Notes: generated from the letters alone by a model not told the origin. A DNA stretch of 20,000 nt from an uncultured virus (IMG/VR IMGVR_UViG_3300023081_000010) (IMGVR_UViG_3300023081_000010), one strand, 5' to 3'; shown: positions 8,522 through 16,872, numbered from the stretch's first letter. Numbers and translations: made by a program.

Positions 8522-9604
8522 ATGGCCAACAAATTTACAAGATTTTTAACAGATGTTTTTTCAGGGTTAACAAATCCTAAAGGACTTGTAGGGAACTATC
8601 AACACGCTACAAGACTATTCCTTGACGACGGATATAGATTAGCCCCTAAAACTAAATTTAACTATTATGTTAGATTTGAAATAGATAAGTCAGCACACGG
8701 TGCTGCAAACTTTTCACAAAAACATAGTGAAGAATTTGGCCTGCTAGTTAAAACCGCAGACTTACCTAAGTTTACATTTGAAACTGAAACTTTAAATCAG
8801 TATAACAGAAAACGTATTCTTTATAAAATGATTAGCTATGATCCTGTTAACTTAACATTCCACGATGATAATCAAGGTGTAGTGTCAGCGTTATGGGCAA
8901 TATATTATGGATACTATATTAAAGATAGAGCATTGCCTAATGCTGCATGGGAAAGTAATGCATACAGACAAACAACAGAAAATTTACATTTTAGATATGG
9001 CTTAGACAATAACGTTACTGCACCGTTGTTTAAAAGCGTAACAATTTATACTATGGGTAGAAGAAGATTTATAGGTTATACTTTAGTTAATCCTAAAATT
9101 ACTTCTTGGTCTCACGGTAGTATGGATTATACTGCATCAAGTGAGCCAGCAGAAAGTCAAATGACATTGCAATATGAAGCAGTTCAATACACAGCAGGAA
9201 CAGTAAGCGAAGGCAATCCTAAAGGGTTTGCTACACTACACTACGACAATACACCTTCACCATTAAGTGTTGCGGGTGGCGGCGTGAGTAACCTAGTTGG
9301 AGAAGGTGGTGTGCTTGATGGATTAGAACAGGTGTTTGGTGCAATTGGTGACGGAACAGCATTTAATTCTCCAGCAGGATTTTTATCTACAGCAATCGGT
9401 GCAATTAATACAGCAAGAAATATTAAAGGACTATCGAAAGAAAGTCTTAAACAAGAAGCAATTAATATTCTAACAAGTCCAGCAGGTACACAAAAAATTG
9501 CTAATACAGTAAGCGGCATTGCAGGTATTATTACTCCTAAGAATAATACAGGCGACGAAGGCACAAATGCATCGCCGAAAAATATGGTGCCAGAAGGATT
9601 ATAA
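8522..9604 (+). CDS. Tail-tube-like baseplate protein (gp54/gp48-like tube initiator)
   Basis: 360 aa. LVKTADLPKFTFETETLNQYNRKR...YDPVNLTFHDD...MTLQYE is a tube-fold pattern, followed by a Gly-rich C-terminal extension. TAAATA at 8511-8516. Confidence 0.65.
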   Translation: MANKFTRFLTDVFSGLTNPKGLVGNYQHATRLFLDDGYRLAPKTKFNYYVRFEIDKSAHGAANFSQKHSEEFGLLVKTADLPKFTFETETLNQYNRKRILYKMISYDPVNLTFHDDNQGVVSALWAIYYGYYIKDRALPNAAWESNAYRQTTENLHFRYGLDNNVTAPLFKSVTIYTMGRRRFIGYTLVNPKITSWSHGSMDYTASSEPAESQMTLQYEAVQYTAGTVSEGNPKGFATLHYDNTPSPLSVAGGGVSNLVGEGGVLDGLEQVFGAIGDGTAFNSPAGFLSTAIGAINTARNIKGLSKESLKQEAINILTSPAGTQKIANTVSGIAGIITPKNNTGDEGTNASPKNMVPEGL

Positions 9605-9607
9605 AAT

Positions 9608-9985
9608 ATGCCAGTAAACACAACTTCAAATCTTCCAGCTAAACAAGTACAAGACAGTGCTGCAAGATCTAGATTATTTTTTGATACATATGGTGAAGAT
9701 CCTATATCATATAATCCTACTGAAGTCGATGCAGCGGTAAACTTTTTTGAAAAGAATGGTTTTCAAAGAGCAGCAGCAACAACAGCAGCATCAGTTTTAT
9801 TAAAACAAGCAAAGTACGAAGAAGTACCTATCTTTAAAATCTTAGATGAGATTAAAGGATTTGACAATTTAAATTTAAGTGCTTTGGTTGCAGAAATTTT
9901 AAACAATAATAGATCTAGTATTTCTACTTTAGGATTCAGAGAAGCCTTATCTGATGTGAGCAAACAAAGAAACGTGAGGGCGTAA
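9608..9985 (+). CDS. Hypothetical protein (125 aa), probably virion-associated
   Basis: Tightly packed ORF in a late operon, with TAATG coupling to the next gene. Confidence 0.7.
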   Translation: MPVNTTSNLPAKQVQDSAARSRLFFDTYGEDPISYNPTEVDAAVNFFEKNGFQRAAATTAASVLLKQAKYEEVPIFKILDEIKGFDNLNLSALVAEILNNNRSSISTLGFREALSDVSKQRNVRA

Positions 9986-10425
9986 TGCCAAAGTTTGCAC
10001 AAGGAAGATTTACCATGAAGAACCCCGAGAAGTATGTCGGGACTAGAAGACCTCTTGCAAGATCAAGTTGGGAAACTGTTTTTATGAGATTACTAGACGA
10101 GCACCCTGGCGTTTCTCAATGGGCTAGTGAAAGTATTAAGATTCCTTACAGAGATCCGCTAACAGGAAAGTATACAATTTATGTTCCTGATTTCTTTATA
10201 GTGTATAATGATAAAAATGGAAAGAAACACGCAGAAGTAGTTGAAGTAAAACCTAAGAATCAGACACTAAGAGAAAATGTTGGAAAGAGCAGATACAATC
10301 AAGAACAATATGTAAAAAATATGGCAAAGTGGGAAGCTGCTAATAAATGGTGTAAACAACAAGGTGTTAGATTTAGAGTTGTTAGTGAAGAAGATATTTT
10401 TTATCAAGGTACCAAACGTAGATAA
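9985..10425 (+). CDS. Head completion nuclease (T4 gp4-like, TnsA-type PD-(D/E)xK fold)
   Basis: F..KNPEKYVG...RSSWE..FM...D....V.QWASE.I.IPY..P...Y.PDF...VEVKP..Q...N.AKWEAA..WC...G..F..V.E matches gp4 motifs. Confidence 0.9.
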   Translation: MPKFAQGRFTMKNPEKYVGTRRPLARSSWETVFMRLLDEHPGVSQWASESIKIPYRDPLTGKYTIYVPDFFIVYNDKNGKKHAEVVEVKPKNQTLRENVGKSRYNQEQYVKNMAKWEAANKWCKQQGVRFRVVSEEDIFYQGTKRR

Positions 10426-10433
10426 GTAGTATT

Positions 10434-10931
10434 ATGACAAAGAAATTAGAAGAACTGTTTAATTTAGAAGATAAAGAACAAGCAGTAGAAACAGCTACTG
10501 AAATTGTTGTTGATCCTATGGCTGTCGAAGAAAATCATAAAGTTGTTAAAAACGCCGAAGACAGTTATAACAAAGTTGCAGAAATTACAAGAGATTTACC
10601 ACAAGTTAAAGAACTTGATTCTTTAGGAGAAGAAGAGCTAGATCATTTGTCTACAAAAGCAGAAAAAGCATATGACGATTTAATGGATTTAGGTATGAAC
10701 GTAGAAGTAAGATACAGTGGTAGAATATTTGAAGTTGCTAGTAGTATGATGAAAAATGCTATAGAAGCAAAAGCAGCTAAGGTAGATAAGAAGTTAAAAG
10801 CTGTTGATTTACAATTAAAAAAACTTAAAATAGATAAAGACAGCGGTGATCAAGACGATATTTTGGACGGAAAAGGGTATGTTATGCTTGATCGCAATGA
10901 ATTAATCAAGAAATTGAGCGAAAAGGAATAA
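10434..10931 (+). CDS. Terminase small subunit (T4 gp16-like)
   Basis: 165-aa helical protein. GRIFEVASSMMKNAIEAK...DLQLKKLK resembles the gp16 PRxxEV..L.K......LL.LQK core, with a terminal ELIKKL. The large subunit is nearby. Confidence 0.65.
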   Translation: MTKKLEELFNLEDKEQAVETATEIVVDPMAVEENHKVVKNAEDSYNKVAEITRDLPQVKELDSLGEEELDHLSTKAEKAYDDLMDLGMNVEVRYSGRIFEVASSMMKNAIEAKAAKVDKKLKAVDLQLKKLKIDKDSGDQDDILDGKGYVMLDRNELIKKLSEKE

Positions 10932-10939
10932 ATATACAT

Positions 10940-11524
10940 ATGAAGACGTTTAAAGAATATCTAGCTGAAAGCAAGAAAACATATAGTTTTAATGTGAAGA
11001 TTGCTGGCGACGTGCCAGAAAGTTTTGCTGACGAATTAAAAGCAAGACTGGAAAGCAGAAGTGTTGTTAATTTTGAAAAAATGAAAACAACGCCAGTTAC
11101 AGAATCACCTATGGAATTTCCTACGCTTAAAAATGTGGAAGTTCATACTTTTAATGTTGTAACTGAGTATCCATTAACAACAACTGAAATTGAAAAAGAA
11201 ATCTTCGAAATGGGATGTTGCGATTCAGGTTATTACAAAGTACGTAATAGCGCAAGTCCTAGCGAAGAAGATCAAGCAGTTGGTGATAGCAAAATGACAG
11301 GTGCTCTTTTACACGATAATCAATATAAAGAAGCATTAAAGCCTAAGCATAAAGATTACTTCGGTGACGACTTCAACAAAGATTTTTTAAAGAGTCTTTC
11401 TAAGGAATCAAAAGAAAGACGTAAAGAGTTAGGGACTGACAAATTAAAAGCTGATGTTTATCAAGATGTTCCTAAGATTAAAGCAGATAAAGCAGGCGTA
11501 AAAAGTCCTGTAGGGAGTAACTAA
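10940..11524 (+). CDS. Hypothetical protein with T4-type capsid-targeting N-terminus
   Basis: 194 aa starting MKTFKEYLAES. TAAATA at 10929-10934. Confidence 0.75.
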   Translation: MKTFKEYLAESKKTYSFNVKIAGDVPESFADELKARLESRSVVNFEKMKTTPVTESPMEFPTLKNVEVHTFNVVTEYPLTTTEIEKEIFEMGCCDSGYYKVRNSASPSEEDQAVGDSKMTGALLHDNQYKEALKPKHKDYFGDDFNKDFLKSLSKESKERRKELGTDKLKADVYQDVPKIKADKAGVKSPVGSN

Positions 11525-11525
11525 T

Positions 11526-12272
11526 ATGAACTTTCAAGAATTAGTGGCCAAAATGCAGGAACTTGACACAGCAAGAGTAGATGTTCCAACAGATGAGGCT
11601 TGCGGCGATCCAATGCCAGCACCAATGGCACCTACTATGCCACCTAAACCAGAAGAAAAGCCAAGAATGAATTTAACTATTTCTGCTGAAGGTGATGCTA
11701 TTGCAGATGCGATGAAACTTTTTCAAAAAGTAAATCCAGACATGATGCCAAAGGTTCCAGAACCAATGCCATCAGCGCCAATGCCAATCGCTATTAAACC
11801 AATTAATAAATTAATTCCAGACTTCGATGGCGATAATGATGATATGCCAGGTGGCGAAAAAGATATGATTGATATCAAAGCACTTGGTGATAAGGGAGAT
11901 GATAACGATTACGACGATGACGGAAAGTTAGACGCTCACGAAAAAGATCACGACGAAGAAGAAAAACTTCATAAAACTGTTGACAGAGATGACGACGGTG
12001 ACCATGACATGGATGACCATGACATGGAAAAAGATGATGAAGATGAAAAAGAAAAAGACGAAGCATGGGCTAACGAACCAGATGAAGATGAAAAAGATAT
12101 CGACTACATGGTTAACAAAATGTCAGGCGGTATGAACAGACGTAAAGATACACATCCTAAAGTCGCTGGTGCTGACAATCCAATGCAAAAAGTAAAAGAA
12201 GAAGTTAGTCTAGTTGATCAAATTAGATCAGAATTACAAAAAGCATTAGCAGAAACTAAAGGAGCGAAATAA
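11526..12272 (+). CDS. Pro/Met-rich and Asp-rich low-complexity protein, possible prohead core/scaffold-type protein
   Basis: 248 aa with PMPAPMAP tracts, DxDxDG repeats and an acidic tract. GGGAG RBS at 11513-11517. Confidence 0.7.
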   Translation: MNFQELVAKMQELDTARVDVPTDEACGDPMPAPMAPTMPPKPEEKPRMNLTISAEGDAIADAMKLFQKVNPDMMPKVPEPMPSAPMPIAIKPINKLIPDFDGDNDDMPGGEKDMIDIKALGDKGDDNDYDDDGKLDAHEKDHDEEEKLHKTVDRDDDGDHDMDDHDMEKDDEDEKEKDEAWANEPDEDEKDIDYMVNKMSGGMNRRKDTHPKVAGADNPMQKVKEEVSLVDQIRSELQKALAETKGAK

Positions 12273-12700
12273 TGGCAGACTTATTAACAGCAACAATCGG
12301 TGGCGGTAGCTCAGTACTAGTTGCTGCAAATCGTAATAGTGTTGAAGATGTAACAACAGTTGATTACATGGGTAACAAAGATTTAACAATGTTTACCGTT
12401 GACTTCGTTGCAGCAGCAAATGCTGAAACAGGTGCTAACGAAGCAATTCAAGCAGTGGTTGAAATTATCGGCAAGTATGCTACTATTGTTATTCGTGGTG
12501 CTTTATTTGACACAAACACTCAAATGTGTTTCGCAGTTGAAACTCCAAACGATTCATTAGATTGGGACGGAGCAGGCGCTGAAACACTTGTTGAACAAAT
12601 TGAAGACGAGATTCAAGCATTAGGTGCTACATACGGTAACAACAACTTTGATATGACTGCTGTTACTTGTACTGTTAAAACAACTTTCCAATTAGCATAA
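12272..12700 (+). CDS. Hypothetical acidic protein (142 aa), probable structural protein
   Basis: AAGGAG RBS, TAATG overlap, followed by a terminator. Ala/Thr/Val-rich like the sheath and tube proteins. Confidence 0.75.
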   Translation: MADLLTATIGGGSSVLVAANRNSVEDVTTVDYMGNKDLTMFTVDFVAAANAETGANEAIQAVVEIIGKYATIVIRGALFDTNTQMCFAVETPNDSLDWDGAGAETLVEQIEDEIQALGATYGNNNFDMTAVTCTVKTTFQLA

Positions 12701-12721
12701 TAACGCTTCATTATGTTATTC

Positions 12722-12748
12722 AATAGGGCCGCAAGGCCCTATTTTTTT
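12722..12748 (+). terminator. Rho-independent terminator
   Basis: AATAGGGCC-GCAA-GGCCCTATT-TTTTT: perfect stem, GNRA loop, T tract. Confidence 0.92.
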
Positions 12749-12762
12749 GAGTAAATACTAGT

Positions 12763-14352
12763 ATGGCAAAGAGTTTAGACGGCGTTCAAATTAAGAAGGC
12801 CCATAGTAAGATAAAATACACAATTGATGAATTAAATCACTTAGAAAAGTGTATGGATCCTGTTGACGGTCCATTATACTTTGCTAAAAACTTTATTAAG
12901 ATCCAGCACCCAACTAAAGGTTCAATGAAATTTGCTCCTTACGGTTATCAAGAAGAATTATTAAGAGCATATCACGATTACAGATATACTGTAGCAATGT
13001 TACCTAGACAGATGGGTAAAACAACTTGTGCTGCGGCATATCTATTATGGTATTGTATGTTTACACCAGAAGCACAAGTACTAATTGCTGCACACAAATA
13101 TACAGGTGCGCAGGATATCATGAACAGATATAGATTCGGTTATGAAAACTTACCTGACTTTATTCGTGCAGGTATCTATACCTATAACAGAAACACTATT
13201 GAATTTGATAACGGTAGTAGAATACAAGCAACTACTACAACAGAAGATACTGGACGTGGTAAATCACTTTCATTAATATACTGTGACGAGTTTGCGTTTG
13301 TGCAACCTCCTGAAAAAGCTCGAGAGTTTTGGACTGCGCTTTCACCTACACTATCAACAGGCGGTAAGGCAATTGTAACTTCAACACCAAACTCAGATGA
13401 AGATCAATTTGCTATGATATGGACAGAAGCAAATAAAAAATTCGACGAGTATGGCAACGATCAAAAGGTAGGAACTAACGGTTTCTTTCCTTACTTTGCA
13501 CATTGGGAAGAACATCCAGATAGAGATGACGCATGGGCGGCAGAAGAAAAAGCCAAGATTGGTGAAGAAAGATTCCGCCGAGAATTTGATTGTGAGTTCT
13601 TGATCTTTGATGAAACACTTATTAATTCAGTTAAACTAGCAGAGCTTGAAGGTGTTGAACCTGTAATGTCGATGGGTCAAACACGTTGGTATAAAGATAT
13701 TAATCCAAGAGCAACATATCTTATTAGTTTAGATCCTAGTTTAGGCACAGGTGGTGACTATGCTGCTATTCAAGTATTTGAAATGCCTAGTCTAACTCAA
13801 GTAGCAGAATGGCGTCATAATACAACTCCTGTACAAGGACAAATTAGAATTTTAAAAGATCTTTGTCAATATATCTCTGAACAAATGAGAGAAAAAGGCA
13901 ACGACAATCCTGTTATTTACTATAGTGTTGAAAACAATACACTAGGCGAAGCAGCACTTGTTGTAATTAAAGATATTGGTGAAGAAAACTTCGCAGGATT
14001 GTTTTTAAGTGAGCCTATTAGAAAAGGACACGTAAGACGTTATAGAAAAGGGTTTAACACCACACATAAAACAAAAATTACAGCGTGTAGTTCATTTAAA
14101 AATCTACTTGAAAAGAATAAACTTACAATATACAGCAAACCGCTTATATCAGAACTTAAAACATTTGTATCGCACGGTACAGGGTATGCTGCCAAAAGCG
14201 GTGAACACGACGATTTAGTGTCAGCTGTATTGTTAATTGTACGAATGGCTAATCTATTAGCAGATTGGGATCCAAAAATATACGAAAGATTGACTGAAAG
14301 ATTGACTGAAGATCAGTTCCCAATGCCGATCTTCGTTAGCGGAGGATATTGA
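12763..14352 (+). CDS. Terminase large subunit (T4 gp17-like)
   Basis: YQ adenine-binding motif, Walker A PRQMGKT, Walker B LIYCDEFAF, coupling motif TSTPN, nuclease motifs LDPSLGTGGDY and HDDLV. TAAATA at 12752-12757. Confidence 0.96.
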   Translation: MAKSLDGVQIKKAHSKIKYTIDELNHLEKCMDPVDGPLYFAKNFIKIQHPTKGSMKFAPYGYQEELLRAYHDYRYTVAMLPRQMGKTTCAAAYLLWYCMFTPEAQVLIAAHKYTGAQDIMNRYRFGYENLPDFIRAGIYTYNRNTIEFDNGSRIQATTTTEDTGRGKSLSLIYCDEFAFVQPPEKAREFWTALSPTLSTGGKAIVTSTPNSDEDQFAMIWTEANKKFDEYGNDQKVGTNGFFPYFAHWEEHPDRDDAWAAEEKAKIGEERFRREFDCEFLIFDETLINSVKLAELEGVEPVMSMGQTRWYKDINPRATYLISLDPSLGTGGDYAAIQVFEMPSLTQVAEWRHNTTPVQGQIRILKDLCQYISEQMREKGNDNPVIYYSVENNTLGEAALVVIKDIGEENFAGLFLSEPIRKGHVRRYRKGFNTTHKTKITACSSFKNLLEKNKLTIYSKPLISELKTFVSHGTGYAAKSGEHDDLVSAVLLIVRMANLLADWDPKIYERLTERLTEDQFPMPIFVSGGY

Positions 14353-14365
14353 TAAATACATTACT

Positions 14366-16618
14366 ATGGATGCAACCGGTAATATATCAACAGACTTGTT
14401 CTACAAAATTAGAAGTAGATTCACTGGCTTAAAGTTAGGTGAAGCAGCTGGCGCGATTACAATTAACCCTGAAGACGCTAGATTTTTTGACTTTGATTAT
14501 GTAGAAAATGACAAAAGATTAGGTCATGTTAGCATTAGCCTAGCTGAGCCTAATTCAATGAAAGTATACTTTTCAAGTGGTATTACTGAAGGTATGGACG
14601 ATAAACAAAAAACAGGGTGGTATAAATTTTTAAGAGAACTTCGTCAATTTGCAAAACTTAGATTACTAGCATTTGATACTAGAGATATTACAAAAGACAA
14701 TCTAGACAAAAGAGACTACAGTTTCCTAAGTCAGTATGCAACACCTAAAGCAGACAATGATACAATTACTAAGCCTGTCGGAGAAAACGTAATGAATGAG
14801 AGCTCACTTTATGGAACGAAGAAGCAAAGTTTCCAAAAACTAGAAGATACAAGATTAATTATTAAACACAGCAAAACATTAGCTGATGATCATGAACAAA
14901 GACCAGGAGATAGATCAAGAAATATCGCTGCGTTGTTTGTAGAAAATTCATCAGGTGAAAGATTTAAATATCCATTTATCCATTTAGCAGGAGCTCGTGC
15001 TATGCAACGTCACGTTGCTAATGGTGGATTACCATACGATGAAATTGGTGAAAGTATTATCAAGATGAGTGAAGAAATTGCTCAACTAAAAAGTTTTACA
15101 AATTACGTAGTAAGAAACGATTTAATGAACTCCGACACAAATTCAATCGTTGAGCGTAGTAAAATGCAACTTGATAATCTAAGAGAAACAGTTGCTAAAT
15201 TAGCGAAACAGGCACATTACGAATCATATAGAGAATCCTTTGCAGCACAACAAGGTTATGAAGTACCTGATGATGTAATGGAACAATTTAAAGAAAAATT
15301 TACAGTTAAAAATTTCAAAGAGGATATTGCAGAAGTCTTTCCAGTTTTATATAGATTGATGAAAGAAGAAGAAACAGTAGGCTACGACGACATAGTCGAA
15401 ATGACAAAGGATGTTGAAGCACCTCAAACAGAAGAACAATTAAAATCAGATATTTTTGATAAATTTGAAAACTGGGCAACTGCACTAGGCGAAGAATCAC
15501 CATTAGTAATGGCAGACGATGAAGAAAAGGCTGACATGATTAAAAAATTAAATGAACTAGTGGGTCAAGAATTCCAAGCAGGCGTAGATGGTACTAATGC
15601 TATTCAAAGTTTAGAAGGCATTATTGAAGATCCAAAATTAGAGCAAGACATTAAAAAGAAAGCTTCAGAAGATGCTAACGCAGATATTAGATCTTTAGTT
15701 AAAGCATGGATTGATGAAAATGCACCTGAAGTTGCTGAAGAATTAGATTTCGGTGATATGACTGATGAACCAGCAGTTGGTGCAGATGAAGTTGAACCAC
15801 AACAAGAAGCATCAGGATATGAAGGGCAATCAGAGCCATATGCTCATGCAATTTATGTTGACGGAGACTATGACGAAGATAGAGGCATTGATGAAAAGGC
15901 TTGTGCATCAATGGAAAAAGAATTACAAAGCAAAGGTATTAAGGCTGCTTGTGAACCAGACGAAGCCAAACAAGGCGGCGTTATAATTCATACAATGACT
16001 CCTAGAGAGAAAATTTTAGATGCTCTAGAACAAGCAGGTTATCAAGCAGAATCATATGCAGAAGAAGGCGTTACTAAAGAAGGCGGAATGTCAGACATAA
16101 TGATTGGTGTTGATGAATTAATTTCAGACTATACCAACGACGGTGACAAGGAAAGTGGACTTAAGATGTCCAAGCAAGAAGTCATTAATGCAATCAAGGG
16201 CGAGAAAGCGGATCCGATGGAGATCAAATTTGCCATCGATACAATTGAAAACGACTTTGATGACAAAGGCAACTACAAGTATGTAGGACAGGATGATATG
16301 CCCGAAGGTAATGAATTTAGCAAAAAAGTTCAGGACCTAAAATCACAGGGTGCTAAGAAAGGCACTAAGTTTAAGACTTCAGACGGTGAAGAACATACAC
16401 TAGAAGATGTTGCAAAATTTGTACATTCGTTTTATGATACAAATTCAGGCACATTCCCTAAAGGACCAGAAGGCGTTGCAGTAATGGTAGACAAAAAGTT
16501 TGGTGAACAGGCTGGAACAATTGCTCGTAAAATGGTAGAAAGAATGGCTCCACACCAAGAACAAGGCGCAGAAGAACTAGAAGAATTAGAACGTATTAAA
16601 TCACTTATACAGTTTTAA
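14366..16618 (+). CDS. Large acidic hypothetical protein (750 aa), likely head-associated and modular
   Basis: Long ORF with TAAATA at 14353-14358 and an acidic C-terminal half. No catalytic motif recognised. Confidence 0.75.
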   Translation: MDATGNISTDLFYKIRSRFTGLKLGEAAGAITINPEDARFFDFDYVENDKRLGHVSISLAEPNSMKVYFSSGITEGMDDKQKTGWYKFLRELRQFAKLRLLAFDTRDITKDNLDKRDYSFLSQYATPKADNDTITKPVGENVMNESSLYGTKKQSFQKLEDTRLIIKHSKTLADDHEQRPGDRSRNIAALFVENSSGERFKYPFIHLAGARAMQRHVANGGLPYDEIGESIIKMSEEIAQLKSFTNYVVRNDLMNSDTNSIVERSKMQLDNLRETVAKLAKQAHYESYRESFAAQQGYEVPDDVMEQFKEKFTVKNFKEDIAEVFPVLYRLMKEEETVGYDDIVEMTKDVEAPQTEEQLKSDIFDKFENWATALGEESPLVMADDEEKADMIKKLNELVGQEFQAGVDGTNAIQSLEGIIEDPKLEQDIKKKASEDANADIRSLVKAWIDENAPEVAEELDFGDMTDEPAVGADEVEPQQEASGYEGQSEPYAHAIYVDGDYDEDRGIDEKACASMEKELQSKGIKAACEPDEAKQGGVIIHTMTPREKILDALEQAGYQAESYAEEGVTKEGGMSDIMIGVDELISDYTNDGDKESGLKMSKQEVINAIKGEKADPMEIKFAIDTIENDFDDKGNYKYVGQDDMPEGNEFSKKVQDLKSQGAKKGTKFKTSDGEEHTLEDVAKFVHSFYDTNSGTFPKGPEGVAVMVDKKFGEQAGTIARKMVERMAPHQEQGAEELEELERIKSLIQF

Positions 16619-16630
16619 TGATTTTCTTTA

Positions 16631-16669
16631 TTGATTTTTTTAATTAATCATTTATAATAGAGTTAAATA
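16631..16669 (+). promoter_or_regulatory. Candidate sigma70 promoter plus late motif upstream of pqqA
   Basis: TTGATT (16631-16636), 16-nt spacer, TATAAT (16653-16658); TAAATA at 16664-16669. The region is very AT-rich, so chance matches are possible. Confidence 0.45.
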
Positions 16670-16670
16670 G

Positions 16671-16701
16671 AAGTGTAGTAGCAATACTACACTTTTATTT
16701 T
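16671..16701 (+). terminator. Terminator-like hairpin
   Basis: AAGTGTAGTA-GCAA-TACTACACTT perfect 10-bp stem with a GNRA loop, followed by TTATTTT. Confidence 0.65.
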
Positions 16702-16781
16702 CTAGGTGAACTCAAATCGGACTTTGGGTCAGCATCTCCGATGAACTGTTTACATAATTTAATCTGAAAAGGAGACACATT

Positions 16782-16853
16782 ATGTGGACTAAGCCAGTAG
16801 CAGAAGAAATGCGCTTTGGATTTGAAGTTACTATGTACATCATGAACAAGTAA
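16782..16853 (+). CDS. pqqA: Coenzyme PQQ precursor peptide PqqA
   Basis: Manual translation MWTKPVAEEMRFGFEVTMYIMNK* (23 aa). It has the PqqA signature W-x-x-P...R-x-G-F-E-V-T-x-Y with the E-x-x-x-Y pair that is cross-linked to form PQQ. AAGGAG RBS at 16769-16774, and a terminator immediately downstream. Confidence 0.93.
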   Translation: MWTKPVAEEMRFGFEVTMYIMNK

Positions 16854-16872
16854 TTTTATTTGCGTAAAAACT

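Noticed and set aside
4885..10002. Antisense or alternate-frame ORFs inside the sheath, tube and neighbouring genes
   Set aside because: Typical shadows from biased codon usage; no signals or motifs. The same applies to those at 1325, 3127, 11875, 15315, 15699, 15765, 18297 and 18389.
9985..10425. TnsA-like nuclease as evidence of a Tn7-type transposon
   Set aside because: Motifs and context fit T4 gp4 head-completion protein; no transposase partners or ends.
14284..14307. Exact 12-bp tandem repeat GAAAGATTGACT x2 (ERLT-ERLT) near the terminase C-terminus
   Set aside because: In-frame micro-duplication in a variable tail; only two copies, so not an array.
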